Shown here piece after piece: positions 48,410 through 56,623 of a stretch of 64,000 bases of DNA. A program made the translations under genes and the position numbers. Positions within the stretch are counted from its first letter, which is position 1. The number at the start of each line of letters is the position of its first letter. Below the pieces are notes generated by a model, which was not told where the DNA came from, searched no databases, and saw only the letters and a program-made list of their open reading frames with translations. The stretch spans positions 19,147 through 83,146 of the forward strand of contig JAUVLG010000002.1 of the NCBI GenBank assembly GCA_030595835.1, in the 5' to 3' direction. Origin of the DNA: Candidatus Eiseniibacteriota bacterium (GTDB lineage Bacteria > Joyebacterota > Joyebacteria > Joyebacterales > Joyebacteraceae).

Positions 48410-49246
48410 TCAGCGTGCGGTCGCCTCGGCGGCGTGCTCGAGCTCTCCCTCGGCTGGGTGGGGCGCCTCGCCGTCCAGATCGCGCAGAATCAGCTGGGCG
48501 ACCTTTCTTCCTGAGAGGAACATGCCTCCGAATATCGGGCCCATCCGCGGTGCGCCGTGAACGGCGCCGGCCGCCATGCCAGCCACGTAGAGGCCGGGGT
48601 ACACCTCACCGGTGTGCTCGATCACGGCTCGCTCTCCGCTGTCCGCGCACATCGAGCGCTCACCCATGACACCTCCGGTCTCCGTCCTCAGGGTCACGCC
48701 TTCCTTGCGCACGGTGACGCGGGTCACATCCGCGTCATGTCCTGTCGCGTCCAGGACTACTCGAGCCGAGAACGAGAGGGGGTCGACGTGCAGTCCGGCG
48801 GCGTCGACGGCGCTCCACAGTACGACGACTCCCGCCACCCTGCCACCGTTGAACATCACGTCTTCGACTCGGCAGCCGTTGAGGACGAGAAGTCCCTCGC
48901 GGGTCGCGCCGTACGCGAGGGCCGCGGCCGTGTGCACTGAGTCGGCGGTGTGGAAGCCGTCACTGTAGGGCCTGTGTCTGATGCCGAAGTCGTCGAGCAC
49001 CTCGAGCGCTTCGTCCTGCACCACGATCTCGTTGAACATCATGCCGCCGCCCCAGATGCCGCCGCCGGTCGAGAGCTTGCTCTCGAAGAGTGCGACCTTC
49101 CTTCCCGCGCGCGCGAGGTACCCTCCGGCAACCAGCCCGGCCGGCCCCGCGCCCACGATGGCCACGTCCAGCTCAGTTGCCTCGCTCAGCTTCTCGAAGA
49201 ACCTCTCGGTGATCGCACGTGTGACCATGACGTCGCTGATCATCAC
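48410..49246 (-). CDS. thi4: Thi4 thiazole synthase, sulfide-dependent (non-Cys) type
   Basis: GAGPAGL, GGG.WGGGM.F, LHVDP, DATGHD, GAPRMGPIFGGM.LSG. Confidence 0.95.
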   Translation of the reverse strand: MMISDVMVTRAITERFFEKLSEATELDVAIVGAGPAGLVAGGYLARAGRKVALFESKLSTGGGIWGGGMMFNEIVVQDEALEVLDDFGIRHRPYSDGFHTADSVHTAAALAYGATREGLLVLNGCRVEDVMFNGGRVAGVVVLWSAVDAAGLHVDPLSFSARVVLDATGHDADVTRVTVRKEGVTLRTETGGVMGERSMCADSGERAVIEHTGEVYPGLYVAGMAAGAVHGAPRMGPIFGGMFLSGRKVAQLILRDLDGEAPHPAEGELEHAAEATAR

Positions 49247-49261
49247 ATCCTCCTCCGAACG

Positions 49262-49299
49262 AAAAAGGGACCCCTCGTGGTGTCGTCATGAGGAGTCCC
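49262..49299 (-). terminator. Intrinsic terminator of the TPP riboswitch expression platform
   Basis: GGGACTCCTC...GAGGGGTCCC followed by TTTTT, just before the thi4 RBS. Confidence 0.8.
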
Positions 49300-49320
49300 G
49301 CGCGGTCACGCGCTTCAAGG

Positions 49321-49400
49321 GCCGTTTCCCTACGCTGGCATTGCCCAGTTCAGGTTCACGGGGTATCATTCTCAGACCCTGGCGGGCCACCCCCAACGAC
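49321..49400 (-). ncRNA. TPP (THI-box) riboswitch
   Basis: GGGGTG...CTGAGA...ATACCC...GAACCTGA...GCAATGCCAGCGTAGGGAA; P1 GTCGTT/AACGGC; upstream of thi4. Confidence 0.95.
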
Positions 49401-49524
49401 TCCTATGTTATCTGCACCGCTCGTCCGGACGCACCAATGACGCTTGAGCACGGAGAGCGCTTCGTATACCCTACTTGAGATTCGCCGGTCAGTCAACCGC
49501 GGGGACCGCTAACAAGGGGAACAT

Positions 49525-50916
49525 GTGAAGCTCACTGCCTACGGCGCTGCGCGCAATGTCACGGGTTCCAAGCATCTGCTCGAGGTGGCCGGGAAGCGCA
49601 TTCTGCTCGATTGCGGCCTCTATCAGGGGCGCCGGGCCGAGAGCGAGCGGCGCAACAGGCAGCTTCCGTTCGATCCCGCCTCCATAGATGCGGTTCTGCT
49701 TTCGCACGCTCACATTGACCACAGCGGCAGTCTGCCCACTCTGGTTAAGCAGGGCTTCCGCGGGTCCATCTACGCAACGCACGCGACCGCGGACCTGTGC
49801 GAGATACTCCTCAGAGACACGGCGTACATTCAGAGCCACGATCTGGAGTACCTGAACAAGAGACGAAGGAAGAGGGGAGAGGTCCCGCTCGAGCCCATCT
49901 ACACCATGGACGATGTCGAGGATGTACTGCCGCGATTCGTGGGCGTCGACTACGATAGTCCGATTCGAGTCACGCAGGATCTTACGGTCACGTACCGCGA
50001 CGCGGGACACATCCTCGGTTCAGCGATCCTCGAGATCGACGCGCGCGAGTCCGGCAGGCGCACGAGGATCGTTTTCACCGGTGACCTCGGCAGGGCGGAC
50101 ATGCCCATCCTGAAAGACCCGTACGAGGTGAGGAGCGCGGACGTTCTCATAACCGAGAGCACGTACGGCGGTCGCTCTCACAACCAGGTGCAGCACGTCG
50201 AAGAGAACCTCGCGTCGTTCGTGTCCGACGTCGCTCGCCGCAAGGGGAAGATCATCATCCCCTCGTTTGCCGTCGGCAGGACGCAGCGCGTTGTCTACGG
50301 ACTGCACAAGCTCATGCGGGACGGACTCGTAAGAGAGATGCCCATCTTCGTCGACAGTCCGCTCGCGATCTCCGCGACCGAGATTTTCCGCAGGCACCCC
50401 GAGTGCTTCGACGAGGAAATGAACGCACTGCTCCGGCGCGACGATGACCCCTTCGGCTTCTCGCGCGTTCGGTACGTCAAGAAGGCGGCCGAGTCGAAGA
50501 AGCTCAACCGCATGAGCGGACCGATGGTGATTATCTCGGCCTCCGGGATGTGTGAGGCGGGGCGCATTCTGCACCATCTCAAGAACAACATCGGGAACCG
50601 CCGGAACGGCGTGCTGATAGTCGGCTATCAGGCGCGTCACACCCTTGGCAGGCGCATCTCGGAAGGGGAGAAGAGGGTCAAGATCTTCGGCAAGCCCTAC
50701 CTCGTGAGGGCCCGCGTCAGGGTGTTTGATGAGTTCAGCGCCCACGCCGACAGCGGCGAGTTGCTGGCCTTTGCCGAGGGGATCCGGCGCCCGCCCAGGG
50801 CGACGATCGTAGTTCACGGCAACGAGGAACAGTCGCTGGCCTTCGGGCGCCGCCTGACCGAGCGGGGATTCCCGAGAGTGACCGTTCCCTTCGACGGTGA
50901 GACCATCACCCTGTGA
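49525..50916 (+). CDS. MBL-fold beta-CASP ribonuclease (COG1236)
   Basis: LDCG, SHAHIDHSG, DAGHILGS, TGDLG, ESTYG, SASGM...GR, FSAHAD, VHG. Confidence 0.92.
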   Translation: MKLTAYGAARNVTGSKHLLEVAGKRILLDCGLYQGRRAESERRNRQLPFDPASIDAVLLSHAHIDHSGSLPTLVKQGFRGSIYATHATADLCEILLRDTAYIQSHDLEYLNKRRRKRGEVPLEPIYTMDDVEDVLPRFVGVDYDSPIRVTQDLTVTYRDAGHILGSAILEIDARESGRRTRIVFTGDLGRADMPILKDPYEVRSADVLITESTYGGRSHNQVQHVEENLASFVSDVARRKGKIIIPSFAVGRTQRVVYGLHKLMRDGLVREMPIFVDSPLAISATEIFRRHPECFDEEMNALLRRDDDPFGFSRVRYVKKAAESKKLNRMSGPMVIISASGMCEAGRILHHLKNNIGNRRNGVLIVGYQARHTLGRRISEGEKRVKIFGKPYLVRARVRVFDEFSAHADSGELLAFAEGIRRPPRATIVVHGNEEQSLAFGRRLTERGFPRVTVPFDGETITL

Positions 50917-51232
50917 AGTTTCGACACGTTGACTTCTGACTTCCGGGTTAGAACAGGGCGAACGCCCTCGAGTACTCCTGCGCGAAGGCGCTCGCACGCG
51001 AGTTGTGTCGAACGGTTCAGCGCCCTGCCTTCGCGCAACGCGCATCAGTGAGTAGTGACACGACTCCCCGCACAACACGCGGCTCGCCCGTGCTCGACAT
51101 GCTTCACGCGACACGTGTTTGAGTGTGCGACCGACGAGTACGTCGACGGACGAACGCGTCGTTGCGAACTCCTTTTGCTCCGCAGCGATATCGACTCGTC
51201 AAGTCGCGCGAGTACCGAGTTGCACTTTTCGC

Positions 51233-51261
51233 TTGACACAAACGTAGTCTGCTTCTACATA
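51233..51261 (+). promoter_or_regulatory. Sigma70-type promoter of the histone-like gene
   Basis: TTGACA-N17-TACATA. Confidence 0.6.
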
Positions 51262-51475
51262 TGGCGATGACAGGTGTGTTGCGTACGCAAGCAGTCCCTT
51301 CTCGACTTGAGCGTTGCGTTGCTCGCCGTCGCGGCGGCCCAGGCCGCCGACCGTTGGCCGGATGAAGGCACCGCGATCACGCATGATGATCGCGGGAATG
51401 TCCGGCGGAGGAATCTGAGTCGGCCAACTCCCCTCTGCGAATGGGCGCGGAGTGGGGCAAAGGAGGTGACGGCTG

Positions 51476-51793
51476 ATGGCAGTGAAGAAGAAGCCCGCCA
51501 AGAAGAAGGCGGCCGCGAAGAGGAAGCCGGCAAAGAAGAAGGTCGTGAAGAAGAAGACGACCGCGAAGAGGAAGCCGGCGAAGAAGAAGGTCGTGAAGAA
51601 GAAGACGACCGCGAAGAGGAAGCCGGCGAAGAAGAAGGTCGCGAAGAAGAAGACGACCGCGAAGAGGAAGCCGGCTAAGAAGAAGGTCGTGAAGAAGAAG
51701 ACGACCGCGAAGAGGAAGCCGGCGAAGAAGAAGGTCGTGAAAAAGAAGACGGCCAAGAGGAAGCCGGCCAAGAGGAAGACCAAGAAGAGGTAA
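51476..51793 (+). CDS. Histone H1-like Lys/Ala-rich nucleoid protein (HctB/AlgP-like)
   Basis: About five copies of the 16-aa unit KRKPAKKKVVKKKTTA (48-nt repeats); AAAGGAGGTG RBS; downstream hairpin. Confidence 0.85.
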   Translation: MAVKKKPAKKKAAAKRKPAKKKVVKKKTTAKRKPAKKKVVKKKTTAKRKPAKKKVAKKKTTAKRKPAKKKVVKKKTTAKRKPAKKKVVKKKTAKRKPAKRKTKKR

Positions 51794-51815
51794 CGGTTGG
51801 TCTACCTGGCAGAAC

Positions 51816-51849
51816 GAAGAAGCGGAGCGATTACTCGCTCCGCTTCTTC
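51816..51849. terminator. Perfect 15-bp hairpin between convergent transcripts
   Basis: GAAGAAGCGGAGCGA-ttac-TCGCTCCGCTTCTTC. Confidence 0.75.
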
Positions 51850-51853
51850 CATG

Positions 51854-51928
51854 TGGTAGCGCCAACGGGAATCGAACCCGTGTTACCGGCTTGAGAGGCC
51901 GGCGTCCTAACCGCTGGACGATGGCGCC
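51854..51928 (-). tRNA. tRNA-Glu(CTC)
   Basis: GGCGCCA...CCGGC-CTCTCAA-GCCGG...GGTTCGATTCC...TGGCGCT-ACCA. Confidence 0.97.
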
Positions 51929-51937
51929 TTCACTTTG

Positions 51938-52011
51938 TGGTTGGGGAGGGAGGATTCGAACCCCCGCCGGCGGATCCAGAGTCCGCTGTCCTACCACTAG
52001 ACGACTCCCCA
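51938..52011 (-). tRNA. tRNA-Gln(CTG)
   Basis: TGGGGAG...GCGGA-CTCTGGA-TCCGC...GGTTCGAATCC...CTCCCCA-ACCA. Confidence 0.97.
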
Positions 52012-52018
52012 GATCGTC

Positions 52019-53476
52019 CTATTCTATCAGCTCTCGCGAGCCGGCGATTCGCGCGAGAGATACCTCACGTCCGAGGAGCGACAGCGTCTCGAAGATCCCG
52101 GGGCTCGCAGTGCGACCGGTCAAGGCGACCCTGAGGGGTTGTACGACCTTGCCCAGCGAGAGCCCGGCGTCCTCCGCGAACTTCCGCAACGCCCCTTCGA
52201 GTGTCTCGGGCTGGAAGTCCGGGCATCCCGAGAGAACCAAATGAAGCCCGACGAGGATTTCGTCCGCACCGGGCTTGGCCAGCACCTTACTGACAGCAAT
52301 CTTATCATAGACGACGTCCGGCGCAAGAAAAAACCCCGCGAGTTCGACGATGTCGGTGAGAACCTTGAGGCGGTCGTCGATAAGCTCCACGATCTTCTCC
52401 AGGTGCGACCGATCCTCAGGAGTCAACTCCTTGGGCAGGAGCCCATCCGCCCTCAGAAAGGGGATGACCCGCTCAGTTCGGTCGGGGACGTCCAGCCTCT
52501 TGAGCCATTGGGTGTTCATCCAGTCCAGCTTGTCCGGGTCGAACGATGCCGGCCTCTTGCTGACGCTGCCCGTGTCAAAGTTCTGCAGAAGGTCGTCCAG
52601 CGAGAAGAACTCCTGGTCTCCCTCGTAGGACCATCCCAGGAGCGCCATGTAGTTCACGACGGCCTCGGGCAGGTAGCCACGTCTTCGGTACTCGCCTATC
52701 GCGATGGCCCCGCGGCGCTTCGACATCACTTGCTTGTCCGGAGCGAGCACCAGGGGCTGATGGCCGAACGTAGGCGGTTCGTGGCCGAGAGCCTTCCAGA
52801 TCACTATCTGTCGCGGCGTGTTGGAGATGTGGTCGGCGCCCCGGATGACGTGTGTGATTGCCATCTCCAGGTCATCCACCACCACGGCGAAGTTGTAGGT
52901 AGGCGTCCCGTCCTGGCGGATTATGACGAGGTCGTCGAGCTCCGCGTTGTCGAATTCGATCGTGCCGAGCACCATATCATCGAACGACGTTTTGCCCGCG
53001 GGCACGCGGAAGCGGACCACGGACGGTTGCCCCTTGGCCAACATCGCTTCCCGCTCATCGTCGGAGAGCCCCAGGCACTTGCGGTCGTAGATCCACCCTC
53101 CGTCGGCCGCCTGCGCACGGCTGCGCCTCTCTTCGATCTCCTCGGGAGAGCAGAAGCAGCGGTACGCCTGTCCGCTTCTGAGGAGTTTCTCAACGTGCGG
53201 CTCGTAGCTCTGGGAGCGCTCCGACTGAAGGTAGGGGCCGAAGTCGCCTCCGCACTCGGGGCCCTCGTCCCAGTCGAGTCCGAGCCAGCGTAAGTCCTCA
53301 AGGATGGCATTCAGGTACTCAGGTGTGGACCGCTCCCGGTCCGTGTCCTCGATTCTGAGGATGAAGGACCCGCCCTCATGGCGTGCGAACAACCAGTTCA
53401 ATAGAGCCGTTCGGGATCCGCCCATATGAAGGAAGCCCGTCGGACTCGGTGCGAAGCGCACTCTGACACCACTCAT
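52019..53476 (-). CDS. gltX: Glutamate--tRNA ligase
   Basis: RFAPSPTG.LH.GG, RIEDTD, YRCFC, PTYNFAVVVDD, VIRGADH, MSKR. Confidence 0.97.
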   Translation of the reverse strand: MSGVRVRFAPSPTGFLHMGGSRTALLNWLFARHEGGSFILRIEDTDRERSTPEYLNAILEDLRWLGLDWDEGPECGGDFGPYLQSERSQSYEPHVEKLLRSGQAYRCFCSPEEIEERRSRAQAADGGWIYDRKCLGLSDDEREAMLAKGQPSVVRFRVPAGKTSFDDMVLGTIEFDNAELDDLVIIRQDGTPTYNFAVVVDDLEMAITHVIRGADHISNTPRQIVIWKALGHEPPTFGHQPLVLAPDKQVMSKRRGAIAIGEYRRRGYLPEAVVNYMALLGWSYEGDQEFFSLDDLLQNFDTGSVSKRPASFDPDKLDWMNTQWLKRLDVPDRTERVIPFLRADGLLPKELTPEDRSHLEKIVELIDDRLKVLTDIVELAGFFLAPDVVYDKIAVSKVLAKPGADEILVGLHLVLSGCPDFQPETLEGALRKFAEDAGLSLGKVVQPLRVALTGRTASPGIFETLSLLGREVSLARIAGSRELIE

Positions 53477-53528
53477 GTATCACCTCATAAAAAAGGCCTC
53501 ATCGCCGAGGCCGTCCGTACTCAGGCGG

Positions 53529-53558
53529 ACTATACCAACCCACGGGCGGGACTGTCAA
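53529..53558 (-). promoter_or_regulatory. Sigma70 promoter of gltX-tRNA operon
   Basis: TTGACA-N18-TATAGT with TG extension. Confidence 0.65.
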
Positions 53559-53649
53559 GAACGCCCGTGGACACACTTGACAGCTGTCTGAGGGCGGAGC
53601 TAGTGTCATGAAGATGGTGTGAGGGCCAGGCCACGGAGGATCCCGGCAG

Positions 53650-54138
53650 ATGACAGGCTATTCAACACCCATGCCGCGGCCAAGGAGAGACGTGCTGATC
53701 GCACTGGCGTGGCTTGCGGCGTTCGCCGTCGCGATGGCGTACGTGGAGGCAGCGGTCGTCGTCTACCTCCGGTTGCTCTACTACCCCGATGGATTCTGTA
53801 TAGAGGGAGCGGCCTCGCTCCAGTGCGTGCCTCCGAGTGCTCTTGCGATCGAGATAGGGCGCGAGGCTGCGACCATCGTCATGCTCGTGGCCGTTGCCTT
53901 CCTGAGTGCCGGGAAGAACTGGTGGGTGCGCCTGGCTCACTTCATGTGGGCGTTCGCGCTCTGGGACATCTTCTACTACATCTGGCTCTACGTGCTGCTC
54001 AGGTGGCCTCCGGGCCCGATGACCGTCGATGTGCTGTTCCTGATTCCCCGGCCATGGATTGCTCCGGTGCTCATGCCCGTTGTCATTTCCCTCCTGATGA
54101 TAGGCTCGGCTCTGGCCATTCTAAGGAGGAGGCCCTGA
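53650..54138 (+). CDS. Uncharacterised membrane protein
   Basis: Four TM helices; EAAVVVYLR, REAAT, WDIFYY, LFLIP.PW. Confidence 0.7.
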   Translation: MTGYSTPMPRPRRDVLIALAWLAAFAVAMAYVEAAVVVYLRLLYYPDGFCIEGAASLQCVPPSALAIEIGREAATIVMLVAVAFLSAGKNWWVRLAHFMWAFALWDIFYYIWLYVLLRWPPGPMTVDVLFLIPRPWIAPVLMPVVISLLMIGSALAILRRRP

Positions 54139-54300
54139 GTGCATCGTCTCTCGGTCCGTCGCATGTGCACTTGACAGGTATTGCAGTGCGGGGCTAGGCT
54201 CAGTACGAGGGTGAGAGCCAGTTCGACAGACGGTGCGCACCGTTGCGTGCGGCGCCAGGAGCGATGCCGGGTATCCCGGCACTCGCGTGAGAGGTGTTGG

Positions 54301-54975
54301 ATGATCCACCGTATGTTGGTTCTGATCGTGGTTGCCTGTCTGCTGGGAGCCTGTTCCGGCGACGAGACCGCGTCTGAACGCAACTCCTCAGAGCCGTCAC
54401 AGACGGCAGCGGTCGCGGATCCGGGTGAGACCCTGGCCGGGCAGGACGATGCGGTCCCAGTGTCTTCCGGAGATCCGGTGGACATCGAGGCTTCCGCCGA
54501 CACGAGCGCGGACACGGCGTGGGTCGAGCCGGTGGAGAGCGCCGACGAGCCGGCGGAGGATTCCACGAGTCCAGATGAGCCCGCACGGGATGAGCCCGTG
54601 GGAGGGCCCGACGAGTCGGGCGCGTCTGCCGTGCCCGCGTCCTTGAGTGGGCTTCGCGTGCTTCGGACGTACGTCTGCAAGGGCATCGAGCAGAGCGAGC
54701 CGACCGAGGCTGGGAAGAGCTTCATACCGGAGGACGGTGTCCTGAGGCTCTGCTGTTTCAGTGAGATCGCGGGGGCCGCCGGGCCCGACACGGTCCTGCA
54801 CATCTGGCGCTGGGGCGACCGCGAGATGGCCCGCGTGGTCCTTGAGGTCAAGAGCTCGCGCTGGAGGACCTGGAGCACGAAGCGCATCCTCGATGAGTGG
54901 CGCGGCGAGTGGCACGTCGACGTGACCGACAGCGACGGTGTTGTTCTCGCCAGGCAGGAGTTCTCGGTGGAGTAG
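54301..54975 (+). CDS. DUF2914-like lipoprotein with acidic linker
   Basis: Lipobox LGAC; acidic low-complexity linker; V.HIW...L.V....WRTWS.K.I.....G.W.V. Confidence 0.75.
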   Translation: MIHRMLVLIVVACLLGACSGDETASERNSSEPSQTAAVADPGETLAGQDDAVPVSSGDPVDIEASADTSADTAWVEPVESADEPAEDSTSPDEPARDEPVGGPDESGASAVPASLSGLRVLRTYVCKGIEQSEPTEAGKSFIPEDGVLRLCCFSEIAGAAGPDTVLHIWRWGDREMARVVLEVKSSRWRTWSTKRILDEWRGEWHVDVTDSDGVVLARQEFSVE

Positions 54976-55030
54976 ATCGCTCCCCATCAGTGCCTTCCCC
55001 CGACTTTCCCGGAAGAACCCCACAAGCAGC

Positions 55031-55076
55031 TTGACACGCCGAACATTCGCACTATATAATATTAGCAGGTTTGAAT
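55031..55076 (+). promoter_or_regulatory. Consensus sigma70 promoter with putative ArsR operator
   Basis: TTGACA-N18-TATAAT followed by ATTA-N8-GAAT imperfect palindrome. Confidence 0.7.
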
Positions 55077-55108
55077 AGAACCGCCTTGAAGGCTGTTGGG
55101 AGCCAGTA

Positions 55109-55459
55109 ATGGACGATGCGGGTCACACCACAGAGAGCGCACGGGCGGGGGAGACTCAGTCCGAGGCGTGTGAGAAGGCGGCGGAGCTTCTTCGCGCCCT
55201 CTCGCATCCCGTCCGGCTCAGGATCATCAAACTCCTGGGCGAGGGAGAGCTGTGTGTGAAGAGCCTCGAGGAGATACTCGAGATCTCGCAGTCGTCCGTC
55301 TCGCAGCATCTGACGCGCCTGAGGTACGCCGGACTCATCGAATCCGAGCGCAGAGGGCATCTCGTCTGCTACCGACTGGTCAAGGGCGGTGCGGCGAAGG
55401 TAGTGGAAGCGGCATTGGACGAGTCACAACAGAGAAACTCAGGAGAGGAAGGTAGCTGA
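55109..55459 (+). CDS. ArsR/SmtB family repressor
   Basis: LRALSHPVRL.I..LL..GELCV, SQS.VSQHL..LR.AGLI..ER.G..V.Y. Confidence 0.92.
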   Translation: MDDAGHTTESARAGETQSEACEKAAELLRALSHPVRLRIIKLLGEGELCVKSLEEILEISQSSVSQHLTRLRYAGLIESERRGHLVCYRLVKGGAAKVVEAALDESQQRNSGEEGS

Positions 55460-55460
55460 C

Positions 55461-55784
55461 ATGAGTAAGACAATGGCCGGAACCGATGGGAACTTCGAAG
55501 TCGAGGTCCTCAAATCTGACAAGCTGGTGGTGGTTGATTTCTGGGCGCCCTGGTGCGGGCCGTGTCGTCTGGTCGGTCCGATCCTCGAGGAGATCGCGGA
55601 CGACAACGACGGCAAGCTCAAGGTGGTGAAGGTCAACGTCGATGAGAATCCCGCGCTCGCGCAGCACTACGGGATCCGCGGCATTCCGACGATGATGTTC
55701 TTCAAGGGTGGTGAGCAGGTCGACATGACCGTCGGCGCCGCCATGAAGAACAGTATTCAGGAGAAGGTAGACGCCCTGCTCTAG
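55461..55784 (+). CDS. trxA: Thioredoxin
   Basis: VDFWAPWCGPC, KVNVDENP, GIPT. Confidence 0.97.
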   Translation: MSKTMAGTDGNFEVEVLKSDKLVVVDFWAPWCGPCRLVGPILEEIADDNDGKLKVVKVNVDENPALAQHYGIRGIPTMMFFKGGEQVDMTVGAAMKNSIQEKVDALL

Positions 55785-55790
55785 TCGGAC

Positions 55791-56414
55791 ATGGAGGTAG
55801 CAAGCATGATGAAGATCCTGAAGGTCGTAGTTCTCTTGCTGTCGGCAGCGGTTCTCTCTGTCGGGTTCGCCGGCTGTGGCGGAACGGAAGAGGAGGTGTC
55901 GGCTGGTGAGACCGCAGTGACCACCGAGGGAGTTGGAGCCGTGCCGGTCCCACAGGCGTCCGGTGTGGGTGTTGAGCCCGGACAGACTCCGCCTGCGTTC
56001 GTGCTTCCCGACCTCGACGGCAACGATCTGTCCCTCGACGATTTCAAGGGCAAGGTCGTTATTCTCGACCTGTGGGCGACCTGGTGTCCGCCGTGTAGGA
56101 AGGAAATCCCGTTCCTGGTCTCGCTCCACGAGGAGTACAAGGACCAGGGGCTCGCCGTCATCGGTGTAGGGCTGGACCAAGGCGGCGCCGCGGTCATGGC
56201 CCCGTTCGTAGAGGCCAACAGCATGAGTTACACGGTTGTCGTCGGCAACCAGAAGATCAGCCGCGACTTCAAGGTGAGCGGTATTCCCATGACCCTCACC
56301 ATAGACAGGGACGGCCGCGTGGCCGCCAAGGACGTCGGGTTCGCGCCCTCGATGGAAGCGGAGATGCGCGCCCGCGTCGTGGAGCTGCTTGCACGTCCCG
56401 CGACAGAGGCGTAG
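55791..56414 (+). CDS. TlpA-family redoxin, probable lipoprotein
   Basis: FAGC lipobox; F.LPDL.G, WATWCPPC..EIP, GIP.T..IDR.G. Confidence 0.9.
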   Translation: MEVASMMKILKVVVLLLSAAVLSVGFAGCGGTEEEVSAGETAVTTEGVGAVPVPQASGVGVEPGQTPPAFVLPDLDGNDLSLDDFKGKVVILDLWATWCPPCRKEIPFLVSLHEEYKDQGLAVIGVGLDQGGAAVMAPFVEANSMSYTVVVGNQKISRDFKVSGIPMTLTIDRDGRVAAKDVGFAPSMEAEMRARVVELLARPATEA

Positions 56415-56455
56415 AAGCGCCGCACACATCTGAGTATCGCGCAGGGGGACGACAC

Positions 56456-56623
56456 GTGAAGTGGGGTGAACTGGCACTGCCCGCCGCCTTCATCGGACTC
56501 TGGCTGCTGCTGCAGCTGGTGGTGCTGCCCAGACTCGGTGTGGCGACGTGACTCAAGTCGTCCTGCGGACCCGCCGAGCGGGTCGAGGAGTCGTCGGGTC
56601 ACGACGATGTTAGCGAGCAGTGA
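56456..56623 (+). CDS. Putative 55-aa membrane-anchored selenoprotein (UGA 56549-56551 read as Sec); 31 aa if UGA is a stop
   Basis: AGGGGGA RBS, GTG start, MKWGELALPAAFIGLWLLLQLVVLPRLGVAT-U-LKSSC...; SECIS-like hairpin; final TGA overlaps next ATG. Confidence 0.65.

Noticed and set aside
51274-51678. Glu-rich alternative frame over the histone-like gene
   Set aside because: No RBS; the strong SD and third-position variation support the Lys-rich frame.
51518-51790. Regular 48-nt repeats as a CRISPR array
   Set aside because: No unique spacers, repeats are in-frame coding units, and no cas genes are present.
51854-52011. tRNA genes as an island integration site
   Set aside because: No integrase, no duplicated tRNA 3' end seen, and no obvious compositional shift.
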